Source: Catajapyx aquilonaris (Eukaryota). From it: DNA of 64,000 nucleotides. Below the pieces are notes generated by a model. It was not told the DNA's origin, did not search any database, and worked only from the letters and a program-made list of their open reading frames with translations. The position numbers and the translations under genes were made by a program. Positions 39,201 to 51,887 of the stretch are shown in pieces. Numbering within the stretch: position 1 is the stretch's first letter; every line of letters starts with the position of its first letter. The stretch is from the NCBI GenBank assembly GCA_000934665.2, contig JYFJ02000999.1, positions 1 through 64,000 on the forward strand, given 5' to 3'.

Positions 39201-41159
39201 TATCAGCTCTGCATCCTCTTTCACTGAATCCCAGCAATTTTTGGGACATTTGCAGGGTGGTCCCATCTTTTTAGGTGGCACCGACCCGCCAGTAGATGAA
39301 GTCCCAGCATATTCCAGTCCTAAATTACGCCTCCATTTGTTTTTATTGCGGATCCAAAGCCCCTCATTTCTGCTTCTTTTGCTTCCTGTGGACGTCACAG
39401 GTGATTCCTCATTGCCACGGCTGACTGATAAGGCCTAGAACATCATTTTCACAATGCCGTGACTATAATCTAGCACAACTTGTTCATATAAACTGGGTTA
39501 TTCCATGCCAAGACAGACAAGTTGGTGGCTCGACCATCTCAGATTTTGATATAAAAAATCATGTGCGTACACAACCCATGAATTGTTGCCAAAACAAAAT
39601 TAGAGCCTTTCATGTGAAAATCCCACGGAGATATGGCAACGTCTTTCGGCAACAATGGAGCCGGAAGAACCGTTTATTTCAGGTGGAGTTATTGTTTCAC
39701 CCCCATGTTCATATATATCAAAGGAACCGACGTGAGATGATGAACATTTTGGTGACAATAGTTTTGACCTAACACGTAAAATAAAAATGCTAAAACAAAT
39801 CGCATTATTGTGCAAAATGGTCAGGTTTCATATGGTCTACTGTCATTATTAAACACATGCTAAACATGTGGAATTAATAAGGTGGGTACATTATCATCTG
39901 ATCATTACTACTGCAGAAGGAAAACTTCACAGATCAAGCCGTCTTGGAGATAATAAATCCTGAAATGTCCGTTTTCCCCTAATTTGGTCATTTTTTGGGT
40001 CATTTTGGTCTATGTGTGGCTGGGTCGATTTTTACAGTAAAAATCGATATGACAGAAAATTAATGCTGACTTTTCTGAGTGTCAGAATTAAAATACTGTA
40101 CGTGGGTGTAGAGTATAGCTTAAAGGTGACACGGAGAAATAATAGGAATGCGTACTAGTGACTATCGTGAGTTTCGATATCATAATCTCAATTCAAACAA
40201 CCAGGTAGAACAATAATGTTATATGCATAACTAGCGGCAGAGCCCATTCTTCGCACTGCCTGTTTTCATGGTAATCATACCAACAAAATCCCGTTGCATG
40301 GAGGAACGGGTGGGGGTGTATGCATGTGATTAGGGAGTGGGCATCATCATCCTTATAGTAGGAGAGATCAGACAAAGTCAAACTTTATATGCCATGAATA
40401 TTAGAGTTTTTCTCCTGAAAATAAAATAAAATAAAAGCTCGGCTCTATAAGTCTGTCTGTCTGTGGACAGGTATCCGGGCCTAAACCACAAGAAATAGTG
40501 GCAAACGGTTTTCGGATTCAGATTCAACCCAATTAGGTAGCATGGTCAACTTATTCAGCTGACAGGCCACTTTTGTTACAAAGTTCTTTCACATATTGAA
40601 GAAATATTTTCTTTTTCCTGATTTTCCTATGCCATCAGTGTAAAAGTTTGGTTTACACAGTATTTTGACCCTGCTAACATGAGTATCAGCAGCCTAGGCT
40701 ATAATTGCACAACACTACAGGCAAAGGAGAATTAGAAAAGACAAATATTTTCATAACCTAAAATGCACCCTATTTTTTCTCCGTACTGTTTAAAGACAAA
40801 ATGTGTCATACATTCTACTTAAAAAGGTACTTCTTGCTTATGCCTAGCCTTGAAAGCAATTTTTGAATAACGTCGGAATTTAACAAACACAGCACGACAG
40901 TCATGTATACCTTACGGGAGACTTCATGAGAAATGTCTAACGGATCCTGAGCAAAATGATGGTCATTTGCCACCGTGACCAGGTCCTCTTCGTCCACTGG
41001 CTCCACTTTGACTTCTTTGGAATCGACTTCATCGGTGGCGAACCGCTCATAGAACCGTGTAGACGTGGGCTCCTCCTTCAGCTGCAACTTCCACTCCTCC
41101 TCCGTGGTGATGCTCCCTTCATCTTCATCTGCCTCTTCTTTTTTGATAGCCAACGACAT
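36238..41159 (-). CDS. C2H2 zinc-finger unit Z9, 3 fingers plus a degenerate tail (possibly decaying); exons 41159-40911, 36771-36238
   Basis: Acidic exon and a short finger exon separated by an intron carrying a Sola-like transposon. Confidence 0.65.
37250..40027 (-). mobile_element. Sola1-like DNA transposon with a spliced transposase (exons ~39400-39115, ~39020-38825, ~38723-37407), probably defective
   Basis: Motifs PKSDTCAKC, DLQQALPTP..AFYRRKLWTYNVGIHD, KRGADEIGSC, SDKGQNKN (shortened from SDxCxGQNKN) and GHAQLPCDRDFGLIE. Tentative end ...GGGTCG followed by ATTT; the other terminus was not found. Confidence 0.75.
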
Positions 41160-41743
41160 GCTCCTGGAACATAATTCCCATTAAGGTCACATAGTGCAAA
41201 TGGATGCTGCATTGTCACCTGGGGAGATCTGATCTGAATTATTCTCTCTCTCTCATACTAGTACCACCTTCCAACCCACCTGTCCCCACTGCTCATCCTT
41301 CCTGTGCCTTTTCTTTCCTCAAAACAAGGCGAAAGAGAAAGGAAACAAGACGAGATGCTCATCATCATCAAGAGACGCCATCTTGGATTAGGAAAAAAAA
41401 GAAAAAAAGAAAAAGGGTGCATTCCCACCGCTGAACTATGGACAGGGAAGGGATTAAACGCTATTGGAAAGGAACAGCGACAACAAGTAACCGCTACCCA
41501 TCGTACCATCTGCGCTATTCGCTATTATAACTACGCTACTTTTAACTTATGTAAAAAATTAATAACTTAACGCCATGTTCACATAATAATATTTTTATTT
41601 GGGCATTTGAAAATATCCTCACTCCAAAAACATTTGACATTTTAGTTATTATTACTGTAAAGAATTTAACATTTTATATCATGCGATGCATCCATTACCA
41701 GTACCGTAGCTTAATTGTTATGTAAATCACTGATTCCTTTATA

Positions 41744-42163
41744 CAGGGTGGTCCAACTTTTTTGTCCGAACAGCTATTGACAAATTCGGCCTAAGCTGCT
41801 CATGTTGTAGTGCGTTACCTGGCAACCCCGGCCGGCGGCCCATGGAGAGCGCTTCCATTGTTGCCACTGTTTACAAATCGCGTGAGTGACGCGGACGACC
41901 CAGCGACGGGTCTCTTCTGCCTGCTTACACAGTATCTGCAGGGATATGCAGGAGAAAACGGGGAAAATAATGATGTTAGAAGCAATCAGTCATTTTGGGG
42001 TCACTCGCGCGATTTGTAAACAGTGGCAACAATGGAAGCGCTCTCCATGGGCTGATGTTTGAATTGGCCCGCCGGACAGGGTTGCCAGGTAACGCACTAC
42101 AACATAAGCAGCTTAGGCCGAATTTGTCAATAGCTGTTCGGACAAAAAAGTTGGACCACCCTG
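41744..42163. mobile_element. Tc1/mariner-type foldback MITE with TA target duplication
   Basis: TA-CAGGGTGGTCCAACTTTTTTGTCCGAACAGCTATTGACAAATTCGGCC ... near-perfect inverse ending GGACCACCCTG-TA. Confidence 0.9.
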
Positions 42164-42497
42164 TATATCCATGACTATAATAAAATGTGTAGCTGTTAAA
42201 ATTATAACCTTAATTATTAACACTTAGATACTATAACGGCCTATTTCTGATTAAACAGTATAAACACTATGCTAATAAGTTTGTGCAAAAATATAATAGT
42301 TAGGCGTGAACTTATTGTTAGTGTCATGTGGTGTAATTCACATGTGGAATATTAGCCATGTACTGAGACAGAGAGACATCTAACTGTGTAACAATTAAGG
42401 TACAATTTTCATTATTTGGGGCTTACATGGCTTTTGAAAATGGTATGGGAATGAGATAATCCAGAATATACCATGTAAAGCTACACATCATGGAAGC

Positions 42498-45400
42498 TTA
42501 ATGTTTTAGTGTACACTTGAGCATGTGTTTTTTCATACTCGTTGGATAAGAATATCTTGCCTTGCAATACTGGCACTCATATGTCTTTTTCCCTGCGTGA
42601 CCCTTCACATGTGCTGTTAAAGCAGATGAGCTCATAAACTTTTTCCGACACATATCACAACTATAAGGCTTCTCTCCCGTGTGAATTCTGTTGTGGATGG
42701 CCAGTTGATACTTGTCACTGAATGTCGCCTTGCAACCCTGGCAGCCAAACGGTTTTTCTCTCAGCATATGAGTTTGGATGTGCCTTTGTAAATCATACTT
42801 GCGTATGTACCCCTTCCCACAATGATGGCAACCATGTGACTTCTCTCCTGTGTGAATCAGCATATGTAGTTTCAAAGCAGAGGGCTTAATGTACCCCTTT
42901 TTGCAAATTTCACAACTAAATGGTCTCTCTCCTGTGTGGATGCTCCTATGTACCTTCAAATAATTTGGATCAGCAAATGTTGCTTTGCAAATCTCACATG
43001 CAAATGGTCTCTCTCCTGTGTGGGTTCTCATATGCAGATTCACACTATGTGACTGAGCAAATGTTGCCTTGCAAATCTCACAGGCAAATGGCTTTTCTCC
43101 TGTGTGCTTGCGCATGTGCACTTTCAGAAGATATGGATGTTTAAACCTTGCCTTGCAGACATGGCACTTACATGGCTTTATGTGAGTCGTCAAGTGGCTT
43201 TTTAACTCGGCTGAGTCACTAAATATTTTCTCACAAATCTGGCAAGGAAACTGCTCTGTTGCTGCTAAATGTTCACGTACATGTGGTGTAAATTCAGATG
43301 AATCTGCAAATGATTTCTTGCAAAATCGGCATACAAGTAGGTTCCTTGCTGCATACGCCTTCACCCTTTTTGCACGTCTGGATGCCGCAAGAGAGGTCCC
43401 AGTGTCATGTCCGCTGTGGCTCACAGTGCCTATTTCTGGGTGCTTCCGTTTCTCCTCATTTTCTTCATCAACACTCTCTTGTTGTTCCTGCAAAGTACAA
43501 AAATATCTATTTTATTATTACTCAAGGCTGCGGTTGTGCATTTTGTTACAGGTCATGCAGTATGTTCCACTGTATTCAGAAATGAAAGATGGATAACTAA
43601 TTTTCCTCATGCAAAATGAACAAAGGAAATTGCTTACAAAAATTCTGCCTACTTAGCTGCCTTTTCAATAACCAAGAAACATTAAGTGCACATTCGTGCC
43701 ACATTAGACAAGGTCATTTTGCATTAAAATTTTTTACATGCAAGTGGGTAAATTGTCCAGTAGTCGAAACTTAAAATCATGACTGTTCCAATAGTCGACA
43801 CCACCCAGTATTTACTGCTGTTGTCAATATCATCAGGATAAGTGTAAGTCACGTCAGGTCAACATAACTTAACAGAGTAAATAGACTTTATTCCGAATAA
43901 TCATACATTACAAAATTATCCGACAGAATAAGTGAGGAATATTAAGTAAATGCACTTGAAACACTTGTACACTGAAATTGTTTTTTCCCATTGCCTTGCA
44001 TCTTCCTAGAGAGCCTTCTTGTCTCTTTTTGTTCTTCAATTAGTTTCGTCTCCTATTTTTTTCTGTAGTACTCAATCATCTGGGATGATGTTACCACTCC
44101 TCTGCCTTTTTGTTTTTGGAGAAGCTGCTGGCTGAGGCCAGATGACAGCTCGTTTGAACGGTGAAGGGAATGTGGACGGCTGTGGCTGGTCCATCATCGG
44201 TACATCTGCATCAACCTCTGCAGCAGTTTCTTCAAACGCCGCTGCTGCAGGTGGTGACAGGGCAGGCTCTTCCGCAGTACATTGTATCGGTACTGCTTCT
44301 GTCGATTCCTTTAAAAGAAGTATAAGATTAATTATTATTGAAGACAGACAACTTCAAATGCCAATTTTTCTTTTCACATTGAAAAGTATCCTTGACCTTT
44401 TCGGAGGGCTCTTCTATTTTTCCCTTCCATCGCTTCCAGAGGTCGTACAGCGCCTTGTCCTCAACTGCCCCTGTCCAGTCGCCTTCATTAGCTAGGAAGG
44501 AACCAATTTTCTCCTGGCCTATCTCTCGCTCGAAGATGGTGAAAAATCTGACGTCCTCTTCCCTTATTACTTTTTTGGAGGACTCTTCCATTGGCACTGC
44601 TTGAATTTCTCGTTGAATTGTGAGAGCTTTTGGGTTCCATGGTACTAGCCCACACTTTCTGAAACCATTCCTTATTGTTGTTCCTGATATGGCTGGCAGC
44701 ACCTGTTTCAGCACTGGGGCGAAGTCTTGCTTCCTTAGTTGGTCCCCGTTGTGTTCCACCCTCCAGTCGTGCACCTTCTGCTTCCAAACTGTCTTCAAGG
44801 AATGGAAAACAGCCATGTCCATTGGCTGGAGGATGTGAGTTGCATTTGGGCACAGTCCCACCAACACAATCCCGTTCTCACTGCAGAATTCGCTTAGTGG
44901 CAGCGACAAGTGTGATGTATGACCATCCATGAAGAAGATAATTGGGAATTGGATGCCTGCCTTTTTCACCCATGGAAAAAATATGTTAACCATGTACTCG
45001 TAAAACAGTTCATGAGTCATCCATCCATTTTGGGACTTTCCTACGGCCCACTCCGCAGGGATATCCTCAGCTATGTATTTAGGTACCCTGATGTACCGGT
45101 ACACCACCATGGGAGGGGCGAGTTGTCCATTAGCATTGGCTGTGAGAAGTGTAGTTATGTTACACTTTTCGTCATTTCCAGCAGCTGTATACACAGTCTT
45201 GCAGCCTTTTGGAGCCAACACTTTGCCGGGCTTGGGGTCCAAGAAGAATGCCGTCTCATCCGCAGTGAACAACCTTGCTGGATCTTTGAAGACGTCTTCC
45301 AGGTTCTTCTCTTTCAGGTATATTGACACTTTCTGGAACCAGCGGTTTAAATCCTCTTGAGTCACTTCTCGTCGCATGGCCGTCAACTTTTGGCTCGTTC

Positions 45401-46927
45401 TAAATGAGAGGTCTGGGTGTCTTTTCTGGAAGAGGGCCAGCCACTTCCTTCCAGGGTTGGAATTGCCTCTGAAGTTGACACACAATTCCTTTGCTAACCT
45501 CCCCACACTTCGCAGGAATGTACCCTTGGTCACAGGGAAACATGTGGCATCTAGAGATTTCACCCATTTAACTAATACTGTTTCCTGTTTAGCAGTGAAG
45601 GTGCCTGCAGGGCCCATTTTTCTCTCCAGTGGCGATCGGCCCTGATGTTTGGCAGTTAGTGTGCATCTTGGAACATTGTGCTTCTTTGCAGCGGCACTAT
45701 ATGACATTCCTCTGTTGACATCCTTCACAGCCTCAAGCATGTTCTCTTGCAAATAATTAAACCGTTTCTTCTTTGAATCCACGACCTTAAGAAAAAGACA
45801 CATGCATACAATGCCTCACTTATGTTAATTAAAGTGAACCGTGGTAATAAGTTAATGGACCTATCATGTAACTAAATAAAAGCTTATGTTATTGTAACAC
45901 ACCAAAATTGACAAAAATGGGTCCCTATAGATATTCCATTATAGGCAGTCATTCTGTGATTAGGCTAATGGCTATCATAATAATTAAAGAAAGGGTGACT
46001 CAAAATAAAAGAAGCAAAATTAGGGGTTGTGTTGGTGACCCAAAATTATATTATCTGAGAGGAACTCGTAGTCGAGACCCTAGTGTTCCAAAGGTCGACA
46101 TGGTGAGTCGACTATTGTGGTTCCTGATGTCGTAATTTCCCAATGGTAAAGTTCGAAATGTTATGAAAGAACGTTACACGTGCGTGTAGGTCTCAAAATT
46201 ATTCAGTGTTTCTGAAGTCGACACCCACATCGACTATTGGAACAAAAGTCGACACCCCAACTAAAACTTGCTTTTTATGTAATTTACCCAAAAACACATC
46301 GAGTCCGGAAAATTTAAAGCATTTATTTCTTTTTCTGCTCATAAAAACCCCCCAAAAAACACTTCCACCTCGCTGTATGTAAGGTTTTATTTTCTACTTA
46401 CTTCTTACTGAATCCGCTAAGCCTCTTCGACGCAAAAAATCCCAGCTGATTTTTTCATGTACTTCTCATTCACGAAGTAGGCCACGAATAGTAAATATGT
46501 GGCGATCAGGCAGCCCTGAAGGGCAGTGAAATGTTGCCAGATGTTCCACTTCATCCCCACACTGCCGTGCTCCCTAGTTTATTTTAGCTTAACAGTCTCG
46601 GGTGTCGACTACAGGGACAGTGTCAACTACTGGTACACTTACCTTACTTCTTGCTTATGCCTACCCTTGAGAGTGACGTACCTTACATGATCCTTCATGT
46701 GAAATGTCTAAGGGATCCTGAGCAAAATGAGGGTCATTTGCCACAGTAACCAGATCCTCTTCGTCCATTGGCTCCACTTCGACTTCTTTGGAATCTACTT
46801 CATCGGTGGCGAAACGCTCATGGAAGTGCGTAGATGGCTCCTCCTTCACCGCCAACTTCCACTCCTCCTCTGTGGTGATGCTCCCTTCATCTTCATCTGC
46901 CTCTTCCTTTTTGATAGCCAACGACAT
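42498..46927 (-). CDS. C2H2 zinc-finger protein Z10, ~10 fingers; exons 46927-46682, 43487-42498
   Basis: Acidic exon plus open finger exon. The intron contains the pogo-like element. Confidence 0.82.
43746..46644 (-). mobile_element. pogo/Fot1-like (Tc1/mariner) transposon, transposase ORF 45803-44328
   Basis: psq-type HTH (AAKKHNVPRCTL), CENP-B-type HTH and triad ADETAF / MDGHTSH / QPMD with 35 residues between the last two Asp. Imperfect TIRs GGTAAATTGTCCAGTAGTCGA and GGTAAGTGTACCAGTAGTTGA. Confidence 0.9.
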
Positions 46928-47339
46928 GCTCCTGAAAAATAAGTCCCATTCAGGTCACATATAGTATACGGGGTGCACAAATGGATGCTGCATTGTCACA
47001 GTCCTGCAGAGATCTGATCTGAATAATTCTCTCCCTCTCATACTAGTACCACCTTCCAACCCACCTGCTCATACTTCCCCCTGTTGTTGTGCCTGATTCT
47101 TCCTCAAATCGACGGAAAAGCGAAGGAAACTCAAAGAGGAGCTGAAGTTGCCTTCTAAAGAGACGCCATCTTGGACCATGTCCGTTGGGGGTGCATTCCC
47201 ACCGCCGAACAATGGACAGGAATGGTCTTAAACGCTATTGAAAAGAACACCGAGAACAAATAACTGCTCGGCATCACACCATCAGCAGTTGCTATTTTCG
47301 CCATGATAATAATATTTATACAGAGAAACTCGCTCATTT

Positions 47340-47670
47340 GTTGTTGGCAGCCCATTGTTTGGAACGTCGTTGCTGTGTGTTGGTGACCCCACGGGTGACC
47401 CTTTGTTTGGAAGGGTACAGTGTTGGCAACCCTTTGTTTGGAACAAATGTTTTGCAGTGTTGGCTATGAGTGTTGGCAACCCTTTGTTTGGAACAGTGCA
47501 GTGTTGGCAACCCTTTGTTTGGAACGTCGTTGCTGTGTGTTGGTGACCCTTTGTTTGGAACGTTGCTGTGTGTTGGGGACCCTTTGTTTGGAACGTCGTT
47601 GCTGTGTGTTGGCAACCCTTTGTTTGGAACGTCGTTGCTGTAGTGTGTTGGCAACCCTTTGTTTGGAAAA
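47340..47670. repeat. Minisatellite of ~30-36-bp units (GTTGGCAACCCTTTGTTTGGAACGTCGTTGCTGTGT)
   Basis: About 9 tandem copies of the CCCTTTGTTTGGAA core. Confidence 0.9.
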
Positions 47671-47679
47671 TTCCAGTCG

Positions 47680-50093
47680 GAGATGGATCACTTTGCAGTA
47701 ATCACCTTTCATGGTGCATCTTTTCTTGTGTTGTGGCCAAGGTGATAAATGTGAAAAATATAATGTAAGTTACCATAATATTCCAAATCACTTTTAATTA
47801 CTCCTCCAGACAAATCGGGTACCATACATGACACAATTTCATTTCAGTGCTAAGCAGTATTCCTTTGATTTCCTTCTTATACAAAGCGAACAGATGGGTC
47901 ATCCAAACACCCACATCCGTCACTAGCATTGCCCTCCATTTCAACCTCTTCCTCGCCAACATTGGCAACGAAGACATTTCTGAAAAACTTCAATTCCTGA
48001 TTCTCCTCCCATTTGTCACCATAATGTAGTCGTAATAACTTCTTTACATCCTTGATCTTTTCATCACTAACCCTGCATTTTTGAGCCTTCTCTTTGACTT
48101 TGACAGTTGTCCAACTTTTCCCACGTTTCGTTAATGCAACAGGAGCCTTTCCGGTATTTACACGATAATTTCCCTCCCCCCTGAACTTGATTATCGCACG
48201 TTTGTCTCCCTTATTGATGTAGACCCTTTTGCAGGTGCTAATTTTTAGCTTGTTGGAGAGAAAGTAGCTATCAGCAATATGTTTCCAATTGCAGGCCTTC
48301 CAGTCGTGACTCATTCTCAGCACAGTGGTCAGCTCATCGAAAATGGTGTGATACATTTCAGGAGTACATATTGTTTCGTTCACACGAATTTTCTTCTCCA
48401 AGACACCAAACACCTTATCGCAGGGGAGAAATGAATGTCCTGCCACAGGAAACAGGAATTGCACTGACTTTACATGTTCTGGCGCCTCATTTGACAACCA
48501 GGTGGCTGCCATGCTCAGGAGTGTTGAATTTTTATTTTGCCCCGAGCAGCCACCACATATTAGGACAACTTCCTCCTTTCCCTCCAAATCACTTCCTTTC
48601 AGGCGATGGTGTATAGCACTCGCAACTTCACTGCTTCCTTTCTGTGATTGCGTTTCAAACCACGTGTATGAAAATACATTGCTTTTACAAAGCTTCATGT
48701 CCAGGCGCGCCTCAACAACACCTAGATTGTAAATGTACAGTTGACGACTGTAATACGCAGCCTGATCTTGCACCCTAGGGAGGACCTGGTTTTGCATACA
48801 ATCGAACAAAAGGCACAGTGTGTTTGCACGTTGGGAATGTTCTTGGATTTGTTTGTACACGTAGTTTATGTACGCGGTGTTCCACCCTTGCCTGATTTCG
48901 TTCCTGGTCTGTTTTACCATGCTTCATGATTTCTCCTAGCCTGATGCATGCGGAACACATGTCTGTAGCAGGCTTCCCTATCCCAATGTTGAAAACACTG
49001 CAGAAGACATTTTTGAAGTAACCGTATGACACCCTTAACTCCTGTTGTGTATCACTGTTATACATGCGCCACATGTTTTTAACAGACTTGAAGTCACTAG
49101 GCAGATAGAATCGTTGACACTTTGCCCGGCCATAATGACTCTCCCGAACCTGTAGCTTCTTAACCCAAGCCACCACTTCTTGTTTCCTCAGCACATACTT
49201 TGCCGTGCGCGGGTCTCCTCCTCTTCGGTCCTTCGGTGGCAGTCCAGATCGGTAAAACTTGGCTGCAATACGTGACACCCTGCTTCCCGATATGGACAAT
49301 ACGCTGATGAACATTCCTTTGCACACACGCAAGCAGGTGTCATCCTAGAAATGAACATACAGAAAATAATAACTGTAATAATATTAGCATCATCATTACA
49401 CCTCACGTATAAGTAGAGAAGTACACAACATACCTTGCGTTTTAAGAAGTACTTGACATCTGTTGCTTTCCTTTTCATGGTCTTCGTTGTATCTGTTGCA
49501 ATATATGAGCATATGAACGAGCTTTGGGCTCCCCAGCTACCACATGACCAATACAAATTGTGGAAATATTCCACGTCAAGGTCATCTACCTGGTCACATT
49601 TAAATGCTTTATTGTCCTTCCGATGTCTGCAATGTAGATTTTTCCCTGGACCAGGATCCGTATATCTGTTGTGGAATCCAGAAACCAGAAATCAGCAAAA
49701 TAATTTGTCCCCTAAAACCACGGAGATTTCTTGATATATAACTCGACTTATCAGCACAATCATACATACCTTGCAGTCTTACTCTGATGTTTTAATGACT
49801 GGTCCTGCGACCTGGCTCTCTTCCGTGATCTGCCAAATTCAATGTCAGAGACATTAATTATGCTGGACTGGCCATATTGACATATTATGTCACTTTGATA
49901 AATCCCTTATAGTAGAGATAGATCACTTTGCAGTAGTTCGCCAACTTCCCACCCTCATAACAATGGGTGGCAGTCATGTTAGCCTATACTGATAAGATAC
50001 TAACGAGTAGCTTGGAATTGCCCTCATGAGATAGCACACGTATCTCAAAAATGTTATTTTTTGAAGATAGATCACTTTGCACCTCACCTCCTC
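47680..50093 (-). mobile_element. Second Sola1-like transposon, defective (frameshift near 48920, catalytic D to G)
   Basis: Motifs PATDMCSAC, FDCMQNQVLP..AYYSRQLYIYNLG, ICGGCSGQNKN and GHSFLPCDKVFGVLE. Subterminal motif GATCACTTTGCA at ~47686, 49921 and 50070. End ...CTCCTC followed by ATAT. Confidence 0.8.
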
Positions 50094-50098
50094 ATATG

Positions 50099-50266
50099 TA
50101 CAAGCAGTTGACTTGCTATCTTCGACCTTTTTGTAGAAGTAGATGCTGATTGAGAACCTCCCATTCCGGTGTTACATCCACTTGGGTCCCCTGCCATGTG
50201 TTTCACTAAAAGCTTCCTCTTCGTCGCATTTTCTTCATCAACAGTCTCAACAGTGTGTTGTTGCTC
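50099..50266 (-). pseudogene. Truncated 5' stub of the Z11 finger exon; the fingers are missing at the Sola junction
   Basis: EQQHTVETVDEENATKRK...GDPSGCNTG...SQLLV matches the linker that opens every finger exon, then runs directly into the transposon end. Confidence 0.8.
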
Positions 50267-50703
50267 CTGAAATGTGCAAAAATATTCTATCATCAAAGGC
50301 TGTCTGTGCATGTTATCATTATTACAGGTCAGTCCATTTTTTTTTTCTCATGCATATTGTTGCCCTGTATACAGAAATGTAAGGTGGATATCTATTTTTC
50401 CTAATACCAGGTGGTCAAACTAGCAATGTTCATTGCTTGCAAAAATTCTGACTATTTAGCTGCATTTCAATAACCAAAAAATAAATATAATAAAGCATTT
50501 GAAAGAGTTCAAAATAGATAGATGCGAGAGCCCTGCATTCATGATGTTATCTGTCAGGCCGATCATGTAATTGATAAGAAGGGAGCACATACTACACAAG
50601 AGGCGCAAACTTCTACGTCTGAAGAATATCAAAGTCAGTCTTGCCAAAGCCCTTCAAAGCATTTCTCACGTTTTTCAAGGTTTTCCGCGCGATTCAGATG
50701 AAA

Positions 50704-51887
50704 CTACTTCGATCGATCCTCCCCTTCCGCCACATGTCCTACGTTCAAGCTCCGAGTTGCCTGCAATATGAAAATCATGTGTATCATATGTCCATTTATA
50801 AGCCACTGCATTTCTCATTGCCAGTAGCACTAGAAGTAGTACTCTTACTGTGTGGGTAGGCAACTTCCGCTTTACCCCAATGAGTGGTGGAGGAATAGGT
50901 CCAGAAAACAAGGTAGGCAGTGCATGGTGATGGAGTCGGTTCCTCAGGTCGTTCAGGAACATAATGTTTTCGAAATGTGCACTGCACAAGTAGAGATTTC
51001 TGGTTATATAAGTACAGTTTTTCTGGCCCAAGTCTGGTCTGTGACATGCTTGCGCCCACTTTGCACACCTGGAATATTAAGTACACAGCATGGCATTATA
51101 AGTATTAGTACAGACTTCCTGCACCTGCTCATCAACATGAACTCACACTGACCTGACAGGGTCCTTTGGAAATGAGAAAAAACTGACGCCACGGGTTCCA
51201 GAATGGTTGGCGCAACTAATAGCCGAACACCACCTGTGTCCATGACTCTTCTTCCGTGATGTTTTAGCAACCTTTGATTCTACAGGCTGGTCCTCGACTG
51301 CCGGTTGTGTTTTGCAGTAGTCATGGTCAGTCCTAACACGTGGGTTGGCCATTGCTGCACCAAAGAGGTCGTGAGAGTGTGTCTCTGGACCCTCAGGAAG
51401 ATTGTACGTCTGCCACCACACAATACAGAAAGTCAGATACAGAGGAAACTGTAATGATGGCAATATTGGCAAATTCCTTTTTGCCAACTTTCATCATAAA
51501 TTAGTGGTATCGATGAGAGTGATTCGAAATGGCACAATTCCTAATAATACGCCAGCATCAGTGAATTTCTTTCGAGTAGACAATTATTAGTATATGCTCC
51601 CTTCATCAGGACGTAATAGACGCAGCATGACGGTGACATACCTCATGAGACACTTCAAGGGAAATGTCTAAAGGATCCTGCGCAAAATCCGGTAGACTTT
51701 CTATGGTCATCAGCTCCTCTTCCTCCACAGGCTCTACTTTCACTGCTTTCACATCCACTTCATCAATGTCGAAATGCTCATAGAACTGATGCGTAGATGG
51801 CTCCTCCTTCACCACCACCTTCCAGTCCTCCTCTGCGGTGATGCTCCCTTCATCTTCCTCCTGCTCCTTTTTGATTGCCAACGACAT
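50704..51887 (-). CDS. Chimeric gene Z11: acidic exon plus THAP domain; exons 51887-51642, 51409-51153, 51068-50849, 50760-50704
   Basis: Complete THAP signature CSAISC..FSFPKDPVRCAKW..LCSAHF..ALPTLF and a DHDY motif. All junctions are GT-AG with matching phases (0, 2, 0), ending at TAG 50706-50704. Confidence 0.65.

Noticed and set aside
47340..47712. CRISPR array or repeat-protein ORFs (PTHSNDVPNKG)n
   Set aside because: This is a tandem minisatellite; ORFs in several frames are a by-product of the repeat.
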